DNA of 64,000 nt from Chrysomallon squamiferum. Taxonomy: Eukaryota; Animalia; Mollusca. Of the stretch, positions 1 to 50,487 are shown piece after piece (the stretch's first letter is position 1; every line of letters starts with the position of its first letter). The stretch covers positions 18,848,001-18,912,000 of the forward strand of contig CM022676.1 in NCBI GenBank assembly GCA_012295275.1, written 5' to 3'. The notes under the pieces are model-generated. The model searched no databases. It saw nothing but the letters and a program-made list of their open reading frames with translations, and was not told the origin of the DNA. A program made the translations under genes and the position numbers.

Positions 1-1235
1 TTACTCTTTCACATTTCATTATACGTGTAACTGTACAGAGTTACTACGAGATATTTGTTACATCTTTTACTGTTTCACATTTCATTATACGTGTAACTGT
101 ACAGTGTTACTATGAGATATTTGTTACATCTTTTACTCTTTCACATTTCATTATACGTGTAACTGTACAGTGTTACTATGAGATATTTGTTACATCTTTT
201 ACTGTTTCACATTTCATTATACGTGTAACTGTACAGTTACTATAGATATTTGTTACATCTTTTACTCTTTCACATTTCATTATACGTGTAACTGTACAGT
301 GTTACTATGAGATATTTGTTACATCTTTTTACTCTTTCACATTTCATTATACGTGTAACTGTACAGTTATACGAGATATTTGTTACATCTTTTACTGTTT
401 CACATTTCATTAAAAAACGTGTAAACAAACAGTTTTGAGATATTTGTTACATCTTTTACTCTTTTATTTCATTATACGTGTTGTACAGAGTTACTACGAG
501 ATATTTGTTACATCTTTTACTGTTTCACATTTCATTATACGTGTAACTGTACAGTGTTACTATGAGATATTTGTTACATCTTTTACTCTTTCACATTTCA
601 TTATACGTGTAACTGTACAGTGTTACTATGAGATATTTGTTACATCTTTTACTCTTTCACATTTCATTATACGTGTAACTGTACAGAGTTACTACGAGAT
701 ATTTGTTACATCTTTTACTGTTTCACATTTCATTATACGTGTAACTGTACAGAGTTACTACGAGATATTTGTTACATCTTTTACTGTTTCACATTTCATT
801 ATACGTGTAACTGTACAGTGTTACTATGAGATATTTGTTACATCTTTTACTGTTTCACATTTCATTATACGTGTAACTGTACAGTGTTACTATGAGATAT
901 TTGTTACATCTTTTACTGTTTCACATTTCATTATACGTGTAACTGTACAGTGTTACTATGATATTTGTTACATCTTTTACTGTTTCACATTTCATTATAC
1001 GTGTAACTGTACAGTGTTACTATGAGATATTTGTTACATCTTTTACTGTTTCACATTTCATTATATAACTGTACACAGAATCGAGATATTTGTTAAATCT
1101 TTTACTGTAAGATATTTCATTATACGTGTAACTGTACAGTGTTACTATGAGATATTTGTTACATCTTTTACTGTTTCACATTTCATTATACGTGTAACTG
1201 TACAGTGTTACTATGAGATATTTGTTACATCTTTC
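1..1235. repeat. 66-bp intronic minisatellite (continues off window start)
   Basis: Tandem unit gagatatttgttacatcttttactgtttcacatttcattatacgtgtaactgtacagtgttactat. It explains ORF 435..1025 (22-aa periodicity) and ends a few nt from the minus-strand donor at 1241. Confidence 0.95.
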
Positions 1236-1241
1236 ACTCAC

Positions 1242-19183
<17,942 letters not shown>

Positions 19184-19189
19184 TTTTCA

Positions 19190-19870
19190 CAACTATCAAT
19201 CAGACAGACGATTTTCAACGCTTTTTCTTGAAATAACTGCCGGAAATTCGACCTTAACGAAAACCAGTCCAAGCGCATCATAACCGCGCAGCCCATGAAA
19301 TCTTCGTTTGATTTCGTACTATTTCGTACTGTTATTTACAGTTATTGATCGAGTTCGAGCGATAGAGATGTTGAGCGTTCATTTGGTTTAAAATTTACTT
19401 ATTTATTTATTTTTATCAGTCTTCGGTTATTTATTTTCCGATATAATATTACAAAAACAAAATGAAATAAAATAAAATAATTATCTTTCTCATTTAACTG
19501 ATAAAAGTAGAATATTGGCATATTAAAACGAATATTCAAAATATTTCTTATTTATTTATTTATTTACTTATTTATTTATCTATCTATTAGTTCACTGGTT
19601 TAGTTATTTGTTTATAATTCTTCGTTGCTCTTACTCCTTGTTGAAATGCTGAAAATATGTACAGTTCTACTTATTATAAAAATTAGTAATAACCACTTGA
19701 ACTATATAATTGCGGACGGCTAATTCCGGTTATTTCCGATTGTGAAATCCTGTTCACCGAAACATCACGATCAATGCTGATATACTAAGAACCATAACCG
19801 CGTTTGGAATATTTGAAAATAAAAACTGCCTGAAACCGGAACCAGACGAGACACAGTTTATGTTTATTTG
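19190..19870. promoter_or_regulatory. Putative bidirectional promoter / first exons between the pogo-derived (-) and Myb/SANT-like (+) genes
   Basis: Locally CpG-containing unique DNA with ETS-like ccggaa/ttccgg motifs on both sides. There is a minus-strand ATG exon at 19183 and a plus-strand donor-like ttg|gtaagt-type site near 19870. Confidence 0.5.
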
Positions 19871-20219
19871 TAAGTTATCTTGGTTATTTCTTCTTATTAA
19901 TAATTTATCTTTTGATGACATTTATTTACCTAACTTTGAATTTTGTTTTATGTTCTTGATCAGATATATTTGATCGAATATCTAAAACATAGAAACAGAA
20001 GCAATTGATATTTGAATGCGATTACTGACGGAATCTGAAACGAGTTGTATGAAAATGGCTCCTTTCAACTATTTTTAGTTTGGTCATGTGACAGGAAACA
20101 TAGTAAAAGTATAATGTCACTAAGAGAGAAAAGGTTCTTAAATCTAAACTGCTTGAAGTAATGAATAAATAATTCGGTTAATAGTAGTAGCAGTAGTAGT
20201 AGTAGTAGTACTTGTATTA

Positions 20220-20262
<43 letters not shown>

Positions 20263-20325
20263 AAATAATGTATCTATAACTACGTGTCTCTCTCAATGAA
20301 ATTACATGAGCTGTAAACTGAAACT

Positions 20326-20392
<67 letters not shown>

Positions 20393-20592
20393 AAAACGGG
20401 GGGTTGCAAATACACACACATGCACTTACACTCAGTAAAAAACTTATAATTTTAACATATTGCTCGCAGTAGGATAATTATTTTAAACGTTCATTTTCAG
20501 ACACAAAATAACGTCTGAACATCTTCTTTATGGAGGGAGTAGCTTCTCGGTGGTTATCTAGATGTGTTTTGATCGAATAACAAGCGGAACCC

Positions 20593-22436
<1,844 letters not shown>

Positions 22437-23467
22437 TAATAAAAAAATCTTTAAAAAGAGAAAGTGAAAAATAATAATATTTTTATGAGTAGACGAACTC
22501 GAATCGCTGACTTCACCTATTCTGGATGTTAGATTACTTCTGCAGCTGCCTTATTTGAATTATATCCCGTTCCAAACAGTGTTTCTATGACTTGATATAG
22601 TTATGTCGCGCGATCTGCTTCGTGGACTGTGAAAACAGGATTTTAAAAAATCCACAAGTGTGGAAATGTAATTAAGACTTTGTCGCAAAACTACCAGAGT
22701 GTCTGGTACCAGGCAACTCAAACTTTTAATTCAGTTGATACAGGACTGTGTCTTTAACAGCTAGTTTACACATGAGATACCTTTCAATTGTACTGTTTAT
22801 TGTGACAATTCATCTCATATAAAGCTATTAGCATTCAGAGACACTCCAGGAGCCGTAGCAAACATTCTGAAAATAGTCGGGAAGAGGGAGAGAAGGAGAG
22901 AATTCAGATACAAGCTGAACACATTTCTTGTTTTGGCATCAGAAAATGACAATTTTCTGTTTTCACAAACCTAAATAGGGCCTCAACATCTTCCGTCTGT
23001 TGATTACATCTTCATACCAGGCAACTGGTAAACATTAAACCTTAATAGGGCCTCTGTTATTACTATTTCTGTTGGTGCTCGGTCACGTGACAGTTGCAGC
23101 TCACAAAGTGAGCGAGGTAGGTGATTATCTTCTCCAACTGTGTCCCTGAATCAATAAATCGTGAAAAACAAAAGCAAACTATTATCACCTTTTTGAAGTT
23201 CAATCTATTACTGTCTTACAGCTTTTTTTTCAAACATCTACTGGGTTTACTGTATTTAAAGTGCGAGAATTAGCTGAGGTTCGTCATTTTCTGCAAACCC
23301 CAGTTTTGCATTATTCACTTTAATTATTAATGTTAAATACAAATTTGTATGTACATAATTAACGAGAGCAATTAGTATACATGCTTGTAAAATGTTGCTC
23401 TTATCAATTTCGTAATCTTTATGATATGATCCATATACATCTGTTGCATCTCAGTGAATGTAGTATA

Positions 23468-24218
23468 CAGATTTAAAGGTGTGGGAGTTGATTTAAAGGT
23501 GTGGGAGTTGATTTAAAGGTGTGGGAGTTGATTTAAAGGTGTAGGAGTTGATTTAAAGGTGTAGGAGTTGATTTAAAGGTGTAGGAGTGTTGATTTAAAG
23601 GTGTAGGAGTTGACTTAAAGGTGTAGGAGTTGATTTAAAGGTGTAGGAGTGTTGATTTAAAGGTGTAGGAGTTGATTTAAAGGTGTAGGAGTGTTGATTT
23701 AAAGGTGTAGGAGTTGATTTAAAGGTGTAGGAGTGTTGATTTAAAGGTGTATGAGTGTTGATTTAAAGGTGTAGGAGTTGATTTAAAGGTGTATGAGTGT
23801 TGATTTAAAGGTGTAGGAGTTGATTTAAAGGTGTAGGAGTGTTGATTTAAAGGTGTATGAGTGTTGATTTAAAGGTGTAGGAGTGTTGATTTAAAGGTGT
23901 AGGAGTTGACTTAAAGGTGTAGGAGTTGATTTAAAGGTGTATGAGTGTTGATTTAAAGGTGTAGGAGTTGATTTAAAGGTGTATGAGTGTTGATTTAAAG
24001 GTGTAGGAGTTGATTTAAAGGTGTATGAGTGTTGATTTAAAGGTGTAGGAGTTGATTTAAAGGTGTATGAGTGTTGATTTAAAGGTGTAGGAGTTGATTT
24101 AAAGGTGTATGAGTGTTGATTTAAAGGTGTAGGAGTTGATTTAAAGGTGTAGGAGTTGATTTAAAGGTGTAGGAGTGTAGATTTAAAGGTGTAGATGTGT
24201 AGATTTAAAGGTGTAGGA
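23468..24218. repeat. 20/22-bp minisatellite
   Basis: Unit atttaaaggtgtaggag(tg)ttg. Confidence 0.95.
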
Positions 24219-25277
24219 ATGTTGGTGATCTATATATTGCTCTTTGAGAAAATAAATAAATAAATAAATAAAAATAAAATAATAATATATACTACCAATA
24301 ATAAATAAAGAAAACACTGTGATCTAAAAGACACATTTATTTCTCAAAGATAAAACGTTACGTTACGTACGTTTATTTTGTTATGGCTGGACATACGTTT
24401 TTATGTTTCAAATTTTGAATCACCATGCAAACCATTAAAGTGTTATTTTAACAACCTTCTTGAAGGCCCCAAAGTTCTGGCATGGAAATGTCTTGTTTCC
24501 AGTGCACTGTTTGACACGTCTTGCCAAATCACAATTTTTACTGAAGGACCTTTTGCATACTTTGTATTTGATTGCGAAATGCACCTGGATAGAGTCTCGC
24601 CGATGATATCGTTTGTTGCAGATAAACTGATATTTTTTGGAGTGAGTTTTAATAACGTAGTTTCAGACCCCACTTGGAGTTGTACCTGCCACCACGTTCC
24701 TCACACTCGACGTTGTGGACGCTAAGTCTGTGACCTCTCGTTTGTTCCGCTGTCTCAGACGTCTGGGAACAGCTACAACGTGTCAGCTCCTGGCCACTGT
24801 GTTTCAGTCGGACGCGACGTTTGTAGTTTACTGCATCCACAACGACAGCTGTAAGATTTAACAGGTCGATTAACAGATTTCTTTAACTGGCGGAGGCTTT
24901 AAATCCTGGATGCTCTGATTGGTCCAGTAAAACCCCCAGATTTTCACCTGTCTCTGATAATCCACGTCATCTGTGACATAAAATTAAACTCTGTTACTAC
25001 GTGAATGAAGCCTGTTTAGAATCTGACAAGTGTGTGTAAAATTTAAACTAAATTAATTATAAAATATTAATTGGCAGAATAGCATTTACTGGACTGAATA
25101 CGTGCCTCCATATACTTATATATATATATTTTATTATATAGATAAACTGATTGAGCACCAAAACAGCAAAACGCTGATAAACCACACGTTGTACACCGAT
25201 CAGCCACACTCCGAACACAGCTGAAGTCTCACTTTTTAGCAGGAACTAACTCACATGTGTCTCCTTAACGTTAATAT

Positions 25278-25720
25278 GCTTTCATGTAAACATACCAAAC
25301 TTTCATGTAAACATACCAAACTTTCATGTAAACATACCGAACTTTCATGTAAACATACCGAACTTCCATGTAAACATGCCAAACTTCCATGTAAACATGC
25401 CAAACTTCCATGTAAACATGCTAAACTTTCATGTAAACATACCAAACTTTCATGTAAACATACCGAACTTTCATGTAAACATACCGAACTTCCATGTAAA
25501 CATACCAAACTTTGATGTAAACATACCGAACTTTCATGTAAACATACCAAACTTTCATGTAAACATACCAAACTTCCATGTAAACATGCCAAACTTCCAT
25601 GTAAACATACCAAACATTCATGTAAACATACCAAACTTTCATGTAAACATACCAAACATTCATGTAAACATACCAAACATTCATGTAAACATACCAAACT
25701 TTCATGCAAACATGTCAAAC
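25278..25720. repeat. 21-bp minisatellite
   Basis: Unit catgtaaacataccaaacttt; explains the heptad ORFs 25251-25804. Confidence 0.95.
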
Positions 25721-26253
25721 TTTGTAGTCGTGTGTTTAGGTATTTCAGCTAACTCTCTCTCTGTGTATTATTTAACATATTCATTTCTGTTATTTGACTG
25801 GTGACGACTTTTTCGTAAAAGTAACCGTCATCAGTTTCACTTAATTATTATGTACAGTTCGGTGCTTAGGAACCAATTTTTCAACAGGCCACACACATTT
25901 GTTGTTCTGTATAATAAATTGCTAGTTTATAAGCACGAAGTAGATATGAGTAGACATAATTAATTTCAAACTTAACAAAACAACTTCACCTACCCACAGA
26001 CGCAAAACGAGCTCCTTCGTTGTAAATGTCACGTGATCGACCACCAACAGTTAACGTCCTTGATTACATGTTACACCCAGTGTTATTTTTATTATGTTTA
26101 TATTTCTGTTGCGTTGAACAAATACTGTGTTTTTAACTCATGTAAATAACAAGCTGTTGTTTTGTTTCCTTGACAATGGTTACTAAAGATAGCCGAAATA
26201 AAAAAAAAAAAAAAAGAAACAAACGAAAATATTGTTATTATTTGTTTAACTCT

Positions 26254-26362
<109 letters not shown>

Positions 26363-26983
26363 AAGGTACTTACCCGTACCTCAGTACAGTATCTGTTTTA
26401 GTTTGCTGTGTTAGCCTGGATGACAATACAGATAACGTCAAAGATTATCTATACATTATTTGTCGCCTGAATTACTAGAACTGTTAAATAAAAAATTAGT
26501 ACATAAACAAATAAGGAAAAAACAAAATCTAATCATAGACATATAAAAAAATACCCAGAAAAAAAAAAAAAAAAAAAAAAAAAAAAACGATGATAATAAT
26601 AAAAAAATAAAATAAAAACAAAAACAAAAACGAAAAAAAAAAAAGAAAAGAAAATAAAGAAATGCAAACATTCCATATAAAATTTATATTTTGGTTAAAA
26701 TATTTGTTTCGGTTTCTAAAAGTGAACTATTTGATATTACACGGTCACAGACGTTATCAGACAGAGGGGGAGTGTGGGAGTGGAGGGTGATATTACGTCG
26801 TTAAGAGTAATGAATGGAGTTTTCCCACACCTCTCGCTAGCTGATATGTTAGATAACAGTATATTCTTTCTTTCGTTCTTTCTTTCTTTCAATTCATTTT
26901 CCTTATTTATCCTTTTCTTCCTCTCTGTGATTGATGCTGTTGTTATTCTGCTAACTGAAAGTCATCTTTCATCTTTGACCAGT

Positions 26984-27046
<63 letters not shown>

Positions 27047-27354
27047 TCAGTCTGTATCGTTTTTCTTTTTTGTTTTTAATTATTATGTATTTGTGTGTGT
27101 GTGTGTGTGTGTGTGTTTTTTTCTTTATTAACTAATCTGTTTCTTTATAATTTTATGAAGAGAATTACTAAAATAACAAAAATTAAAAAAATTATAATAA
27201 TAATATAAGAAAAAAAAAAATAAGAAAGAAAAGAAATGGTAACAAAAGTAAGCACCCAGATAAGATCTATATAACAACAGCAACAATTATAGCAGGAATA
27301 ATAACAACAAAAATAACAATTGTAACAATAAAATGATGACGATGATCATGTTAA

Positions 27355-27426
<72 letters not shown>

Positions 27427-27602
27427 TTTGTGTAATTTCCATAATCTTATCATAAATCGTGGCTTGTATCATGGGGATTTTAACACGTGCCGACAATTTA
27501 AAAAAAAATAAAAAATAAAAAATAAAAAAAAGATAAATACTATTATATTTCTAACGACAAACTGCATTTTCACTTCGTCTGTAGCCTGTTAACATAGTCG
27601 CA

Positions 27603-32860
<5,258 letters not shown>

Positions 32861-33115
32861 TCGTGTTAGATCGCTATAACAGTAAGTTTGCATACATTAA
32901 TTAATATAACTAGACCAATACATACATACATACATAAATACATATATATATACATACATACATAAATACATATATATATACATACATACAAACATACATA
33001 TATATGTGTGTATGTATATATATACATAAAAGAGATATTTGTTCATAAACACATTTATATTTTATGCTACAAATTTATATTCTCACACACAGACACACAC
33101 ACCCATACAGAAACG

Positions 33116-33269
<154 letters not shown>

Positions 33270-33666
33270 TACATACGGATTGAAAATACACTGGTATAAT
33301 GTATAGTGTGTTTATTTTGACAGATATACGAGTTGAAATATTTGTCTCAGCTAGCAACGAAGACGTTTAAATATTTTTATCTTTTACTCTTGACTCTCTG
33401 ATTAGATCTTGATACCGAAATAAACTTCACCTGACATAATTTTCTTGTTTTTATTCTGGGGAACATTTTTATCTATCTGATGAGCTTGAACTGTGTAATC
33501 GAGTTTCAGTCTCTGTTTATTTCTTTTCACCTCAGTTTGTTACAGAAAATAATAATAATAATAATAATGATAATAATAATAATAATAATAATAATAAAAG
33601 AAGAAGAAGAAGAAGAAGAAAAAGATCAACAACAACAACAACAAAGATAGCAATAACAATAACTAT

Positions 33667-33717
<51 letters not shown>

Positions 33718-33805
33718 AACATCAGCTATAACAATTTGTCATTTGTTTGTCGTCGTAATAATAGTAGTAACAATAACAATAATTTAACGCAGATGATGAT
33801 GAGAA

Positions 33806-33840
<35 letters not shown>

Positions 33841-34419
33841 ATCTGTATATGCATATTAAAAATATATAAGTATGGTAAAGATACTGATATATTAATAAGG
33901 ATCAGAGACCTGCAAAGCGTATTAATCCAGCTGTACAAACAGTGTATGCTAACTAGGAGCACAAAATAAATAAATAAACAAATAAATACATAAATAAATA
34001 AATCAATAAATAAATAAATAATAATAATAAAAATAAATAATAAAATAAAAATTAAATAAATAAATAATAGTAATAATAACACAATAAATAATAAAACAAA
34101 TAAATAAAATAAGAATAAAATAAATAAATAATATACTACAATACTGTGTTGCGTGATGCACTGTCTACTGTATTATATTGTATATTACAGTGTTGTTTTC
34201 TGATCTACTATTTGGTTTTAAGAAGTCTTGTTACGGTACACATAGTGAAATCGTGACTAGGTGTAGACAAACTAGTTAAGAGTTGAAAAAGAGGCTTGGC
34301 TAAGTGGATCAGGCTAAAACAGAAACGTGCGCTTTTTATGACGTCATAGATTAGATAAAAACGAAAAAAGCACGTAGAAAAAATTTCTGACTCAAAGTGA
34401 CCTTTTAGCTTTTTCGTAG

Positions 34420-34487
<68 letters not shown>

Positions 34488-34949
34488 GATTGTGTGTGTG
34501 CGTATAGTTAGGTCGCATGCTTATATATGTGTGTATTTTATACGTATGTGCGTATATGTATACTCGTACGTATGCATGTATGTATGAATCAGTGTGTTTC
34601 TATGTGCATGCGTGCGTATGCCTGGGTATCTGTGTGCATTTGCAAAATCGAATTTTCCCTGTTATCAGTAAATAAAAGCAGTCTTCAGAAAAAATAAAAA
34701 AATGAAAAATAAAAAAATAATAATAATAAAGAAGAAAAAGTAGAAGAAGAAAATTGACAAAAAGCTAAACTAACAATAATAACAGAATTAACAGAAAGAA
34801 CAACAACAGCTACTACAACTACTACAACAACAACAACAACAACAACTACTACTACAACAACAACTACTACTACTACTACTACTACTGCGGGTGTAATCGG
34901 AACCAAAATTATTATAGCTGTAGAGTACGTTGTTTCTTTGTTTGTCGTA

Positions 34950-35170
34950 ATAAATAATTAACAACGTCATGACTGACATCATTGTTTTCATTGTTATCTA
35001 ATGTAATAAATAATTAACAACGTCATGACTGACGTCATTGTTTTCAGTGTTTTCCAATGTAGTAAATAATTAACAACGTCATGACTGACATCATTGTTTT
35101 CAGTGTTTTCCAATGTAGTAAATAATTAACAACGTCATGACTGACATCATTGTTTTCATTGTTTTCTAAT
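34950..35170. repeat. ~56-bp tandem repeat x4
   Basis: aataattaacaacgtcatgactgacatcattgttttca repeated four times. Confidence 0.85.
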
Positions 35171-35750
35171 TTAAGTACTGCCTCCATCTTCACGAGATGG
35201 AGACTATTCAACCTTTTAAAAGTTTATTTTTTAAATTATTATTATTTATTTTATTGTACTGTAGGGAGACGAGAATATAAACGTTAAGTAAATAGAACTG
35301 CCCGCTGTGTCTAACAGCAGAGATGAAGCCATGACGACGACTGCTACAACAAAAACAACAACAACAACAACACAGTAATAAAAATGTTTAAATAATGATG
35401 ATGATGATGATGATAACAAAACAACAATAATAAAAACATGTTTTTTATGATGATGATACCAGCAACAATAATAAAACAGTGACTGCAACAATAATAATAA
35501 TAACAACAACAACGACATCATTAATAACAACAACAAAAATACTGCTACTACTGTAATAATAATAATAATAATAATATCAACAACAACAGTGGCAACGACA
35601 ACAGTACAAATGACAATGACAACAACTATAACAATAACAACAAATAATAATAATAATAATAATAAATAATAATAATAACAACAATAATAATAATAATAAC
35701 AAATAATAATAATAAATAATAATAAATAATAATAACAATAATATTAACAA

Positions 35751-35804
<54 letters not shown>

Positions 35805-35817
35805 AATAATAATAATA

Positions 35818-35932
<115 letters not shown>

Positions 35933-36111
35933 TAATAATAATAATAATGATAATCGGTATACGTTATCGCTAATCGTGTTTGACACATATGGCGTGTGGT
36001 GTCTGAGAAAATAAACAGATGACGTTTTTATTTCAGAAATAAAAAAAAAGTATTTATAGCTGTCGTCTAAAACTCACCTTTATTCATTTGTAGCTTACAA
36101 AGAGGATCAAA

Positions 36112-43859
<7,748 letters not shown>

Positions 43860-44909
43860 GCGAGACTGTCAGATGCAGACAGACTTTGTGACTGTTCAGA
43901 CTAAACTCGTGTAAATAAAGTTTACTAACACACGTTTCCCATCGTCATTTATTTACTTATTGATAGCTTCTGCTAATGTTGCCGCTGCTACTGCTTAGAC
44001 TACTTCTACTACTGTTATTACTACTTCGACAATTATTACTACTACATTTACTACAACTATTACGTCTACTACTATTACAGCTACTACCATTATTACTACA
44101 ATCACTACTACTACACTTATTAAACCTATTTCTAGTGTTGTTACTACTATTATTACTATTGCTGCTACTGTTACTACTACTACTTGCATCATTAATAATA
44201 TTTTTACGACTACTATTACAACTATTACCATTACTATAATAAGTAGAATTACTACTATTAATTCTAGTACTATCTTCTAATACTTCAGTACGACTATTAT
44301 TATAATTTCTACATCTGCTTTGTATTATTATTGCTATAGAAGAAGAATTACAATACAAAATGTCAACAACGACAATAATAATTATAACAGTCAGAGTGGT
44401 TGTAACGTTGCTAATAATGATAACACCACCGACAACGACATGGTAATAATGATGACAATAAAAATAACAACATAAAATAACTACATCGTCAACACCAACA
44501 TCAAACAGAGCAACGTCAGTAACACCAGTAATAAAATGACGTAGTTACAATGATGACAGTAGCAACAAACACCAGAGCGTAAAACAATGACAACAGGACA
44601 AGATAACAACAACAACAGCGAAGACACTGACAGCACAAACAAATTAACAAAAACACCTGAGAATCACTCGTCTATATATATTGCGACTTGTTCATCTCTG
44701 ACTAGACTGAATTCTAGGGAAGGGAATTTTTTTTTTTAGCTATTCATAGTTACCTAGATCTTAGGGGCTCGAATGATTAAATGTCCTTTGCACCCCAGAA
44801 ATTGACTAAAATACTCGAAAGCCCAGCCTCGGTTTCATACAGCCATACATTTATAGATAGATAGATAGATAGAAAGAAAGATAGATAAATATATACAAAT
44901 ACAGATATA

Positions 44910-44995
44910 GATATCTCTCTCTCTCTCTCTGTCTCACTATCTCTCTGTCTCTCTGTCTCACTCTCTCTCTCCCTCTCTCTCTCTGTCTCACTCTG

Positions 44996-45063
<68 letters not shown>

Positions 45064-45071
45064 TCTCTCAA

Positions 45072-45102
<31 letters not shown>

Positions 45103-45640
45103 CTCTCTCTCTATGTATATATATATATATATATATAAATATATATATATAAAGAGAGACAGAGAGAGAGACAGAGGCAGAGCTAGACAGAGAGACAGAG
45201 AAAGAGAGACAGAGAAAGAAAGACAGAGAGAAACACAGAGAGACAGACAGAGAGACAGAGACAGAGAGAGACATAGACAGAGAGAGACAGAGATATACAT
45301 AGAAAGGGAGAGAGACAGAGAGAGCCATAGACAGAGAGAGCCATAGACAGAGAGAGAGACAGAGACAGATAGAAAGACAGAGAGAGACAGAGACAGAGAG
45401 AGATAGAGAGACAGAGAAAGAGAGACAGAGAGAGACAGAGACAGAGAGACAGAGAAAGAGAGGCAGACAGAGAGACAGAGACAGAGAGAGACAGAGACAG
45501 AGAGAGACATAGAAAGGGAGAGAGACAGAGAGATACATAGACAGAGAGAGAGACAGAGAGAGACGTAGAGAGATACAGAGACAGAGAGAGACAGAGACAG
45601 AGAGAAACAGAGAGAGACAGAGAGAGACAGAGAGAGATTG
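44910..45640. repeat. Degenerate CT-rich then GA-rich microsatellite blocks around a (TA)n core
   Basis: Seen directly in the sequence. Confidence 0.85.
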
Positions 45641-46154
45641 TATTCATCAGAAAGAAAGAAAGTATTAACTTTTTCGTAACGCTTAACAACAGCGCGTCCA
45701 ATGAAATCATTGTTAGGTCATTCTACTGTCGTAGATTAGTAACGTGACCTCAAGTATGATGTTATTTCAAAATATTTTAATAAACGGCATTGTTACTGGG
45801 AAAATGCACTTACTGTACAAAATGAACTTTTTGTTCTAATGAAGTAAAACATGAATTATCTACAGTTATCAGATAAAGTCGTTCCCATAGCGACACGTGC
45901 GTGCGTCACACAGCAGAAGAGATTAAGTGAAGAACGAATGAATTACTGAGTGAACGAAAGAACGAATTAAAAGGTGAATTATATGAATTAATAAAATAAC
46001 GCACGAGCACGTGGTATATGAAATAATGAATTCGTAAAAGAAATAATTAAACGAATGTAAGAATAAATAAAATGAGTAAATGAACGAACGAAAGGATGAG
46101 TGAACGAATGAAGGAATGAGAGAACGAACGAAAAGAGTGAAATGTTTCTTGTAT

Positions 46155-46193
<39 letters not shown>

Positions 46194-46781
46194 TACACAT
46201 GCATGCCTCATCTGTAATGTTGTCAAATGGGTTACTTCTACAAATTAGCATTTACGGTTAACATACTAACCACGACCTGCAAATAAAACAGCCTGTGGAA
46301 AATATAACAGAACTTTCAAAATTTGTTTATATGATTTCATTTTATTTCATTTTTATTTTATTTTTCTTTCTTTCTTTCTTATATTATTTTATTTTAATTT
46401 TTATTTTTTATTTCTTTTTCTTTATTTTTATTTCTTTCCAACCATTTAACAGAAAAGTCATCTTTTTAGAAAAAAGAAAAATATCACACATAAGTTTTAA
46501 AAAGAGACAATTATCTTTAAGTTAAAACTGAAACTATGGAACATTTAGATAAAACTCTCAGCCCTTTTTTCAAAACGACTCTTTCAAAAACCAGGAGAAA
46601 AAATAAAAATGTTTATCAAAGTCTCTTACAACATAAAAGACAAAAAACAAAAAATTCAGTTAAAAAAATATAAGATAAGTACAATAAAATAAACTAATCA
46701 TATTTATGGTTAATTTTTTTTTTTTAAATTTAAGATAACTACAATAAAATAAAATAAAATAAAATAAAATAAAATAAAAAA

Positions 46782-46871
<90 letters not shown>

Positions 46872-46897
46872 GTACATGTAATATGAACCCGTTTTGC

Positions 46898-46931
<34 letters not shown>

Positions 46932-47142
46932 CCTTTGAGAACTTAAAAACATATTTAAGCTTTCCACACAGTGAAGCGTCCCAGTAAGAAATCTCGAGCC
47001 AATCACAGGAGAAGTCACCCATGACAACAGAAACAATCCCACAGGGGAGAATGTGAAATGTGGGAGAGTAAAGAGGCTGGAATCGTGCTGGAGAAGACGT
47101 CAAAACATGAACGGGAATTTGAACACCTGTTTCTCACACACC

Positions 47143-47149
47143 TATAAAA
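47143..47149 (+). promoter_or_regulatory. TATA box of paralog C
   Basis: TATAAAA 63 nt upstream of the ATG at 47206, with a CCAAT motif near 46999. Confidence 0.6.
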
Positions 47150-47205
47150 CGTCGCGGAACCAACATGTGTCTCAGTTTGTGCACCGAGACACGAAACAAA
47201 CAAAC

Positions 47206-49166
<1,961 letters not shown>

Positions 49167-50487
49167 AAACGGCAGAAAACCGATCTGGACGTCAGTGAAT
49201 GTACAATGTCCATTTTGAACTTTTTCGCAAAATAAATATGTTATAAAACCATTGTATTGACATTATTGTTTTTTCTTTATTTCATTTCTTATTTGCTTTG
49301 TTTCCATCTTCTTCTTAATTTTTATATTATTAAACTATTTATTTGTTTATTATTTTGTTATTCAGTATATATAATATATATATTTTTTAATTATTTATTA
49401 TATTGCAGGATATTTATTTCCCCATCTTTCTTTCTTTATTTCTTTCTTTTTCTGAATACATTTTAATTTAATTTTTATTTTATTTTATCATTGTTTTTCT
49501 TTACCGATTTCGTAGCTTAAAAAATCCTACATCATCATCAGGTTCGTCATTATTTTCGTCATCATCATAATAATGAAAACATCATTACGAACAATAACTG
49601 AACTAGAACACTAACGTGATTATATTTTATTTAATTTTCACGACAAAAGGCGCGTGACATTAGATATGTTGCCAAGGTAATTAACTATGAAATGACGTCA
49701 CATTATTAACAACATCTTTAATTAGTGAAATAAATAAATAAAATAATAAATAAATAAATAAATAAATAATGCTAATCCTTTCACAGTCACTGTGGATTAG
49801 CTGTATTAGTAGTACAAATTGTAGTAGTAGTAGTAGTAGCAGTAGTAGCAGCAGCAGCAGGAGCAGTGATGGTATTGTAATAGTAAGAGTACAAATAGTA
49901 GTACTAGCACAGCGATAGTAGTAGTGAAAGTAGTAGTAGTAGTAGTCGCTATGGTGGTGGTTGTGGTCGTAGTAATTTTAATACTTTAAAAGCAGTGATG
50001 GTAGAATTTTACCAGTACAAGTAGTGATAGTAGTAATGATTGTACACACAGTTTGATAATTAAAACGCTTGTCTGTGTTAACACAGCGATAAGCCCACAT
50101 TAGCGGAACAAACAACATTCTTAAGTCGAGTGTCTTTTCAACCCTGTCAGCTCGCGGAACACAACCACAGTGCAGTTATCGCCCCTTGTCCTCTTAACTA
50201 CACTGACGTCTAGTGGCAGTCTTTGCTGGAGAAGTTCAGAATGAAGAGGTGGCTGGTTATCTCAGGTCATTTCATTCAAGACTCGTGTAAACTGAGAAAA
50301 AAAGTGATGAGTTGGTGTTTGTGTTTCAGTTATCTGCTTCGATAGGACCTCAGTGAAGATAAACGACGTTCGGAAATGTTGTGTTTGTTTAAGTTTTATT
50401 TCTGGAACAAAGCTTGCCGCATGTGGATCTTATTAGTAGGTGCGTCCGAAATTAGAGGAGTAATTTGCAGAAAAGAACGAAGTCGTT

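Noticed and set aside
435-1025. 196-aa repetitive ORF
   Set aside because: Translation of the 66-bp intronic minisatellite; neighbouring units contain indels.
23468-24218. G-rich repeat as possible telomeric or G-quadruplex array
   Set aside because: Not TTAGGG-like and mostly GG doublets; an ordinary minisatellite.
25251-25804. Cys/His heptad ORF (CLHESLV)n resembling a metal-binding protein
   Set aside because: A 21-bp repeat open in several frames on both strands, with no convincing start or splice context.
44690-44850. Short GC-richer segments (also ~18190-18260, ~22845, ~42520) that may be MITE remnants
   Set aside because: No paired TIRs or TSDs could be identified.
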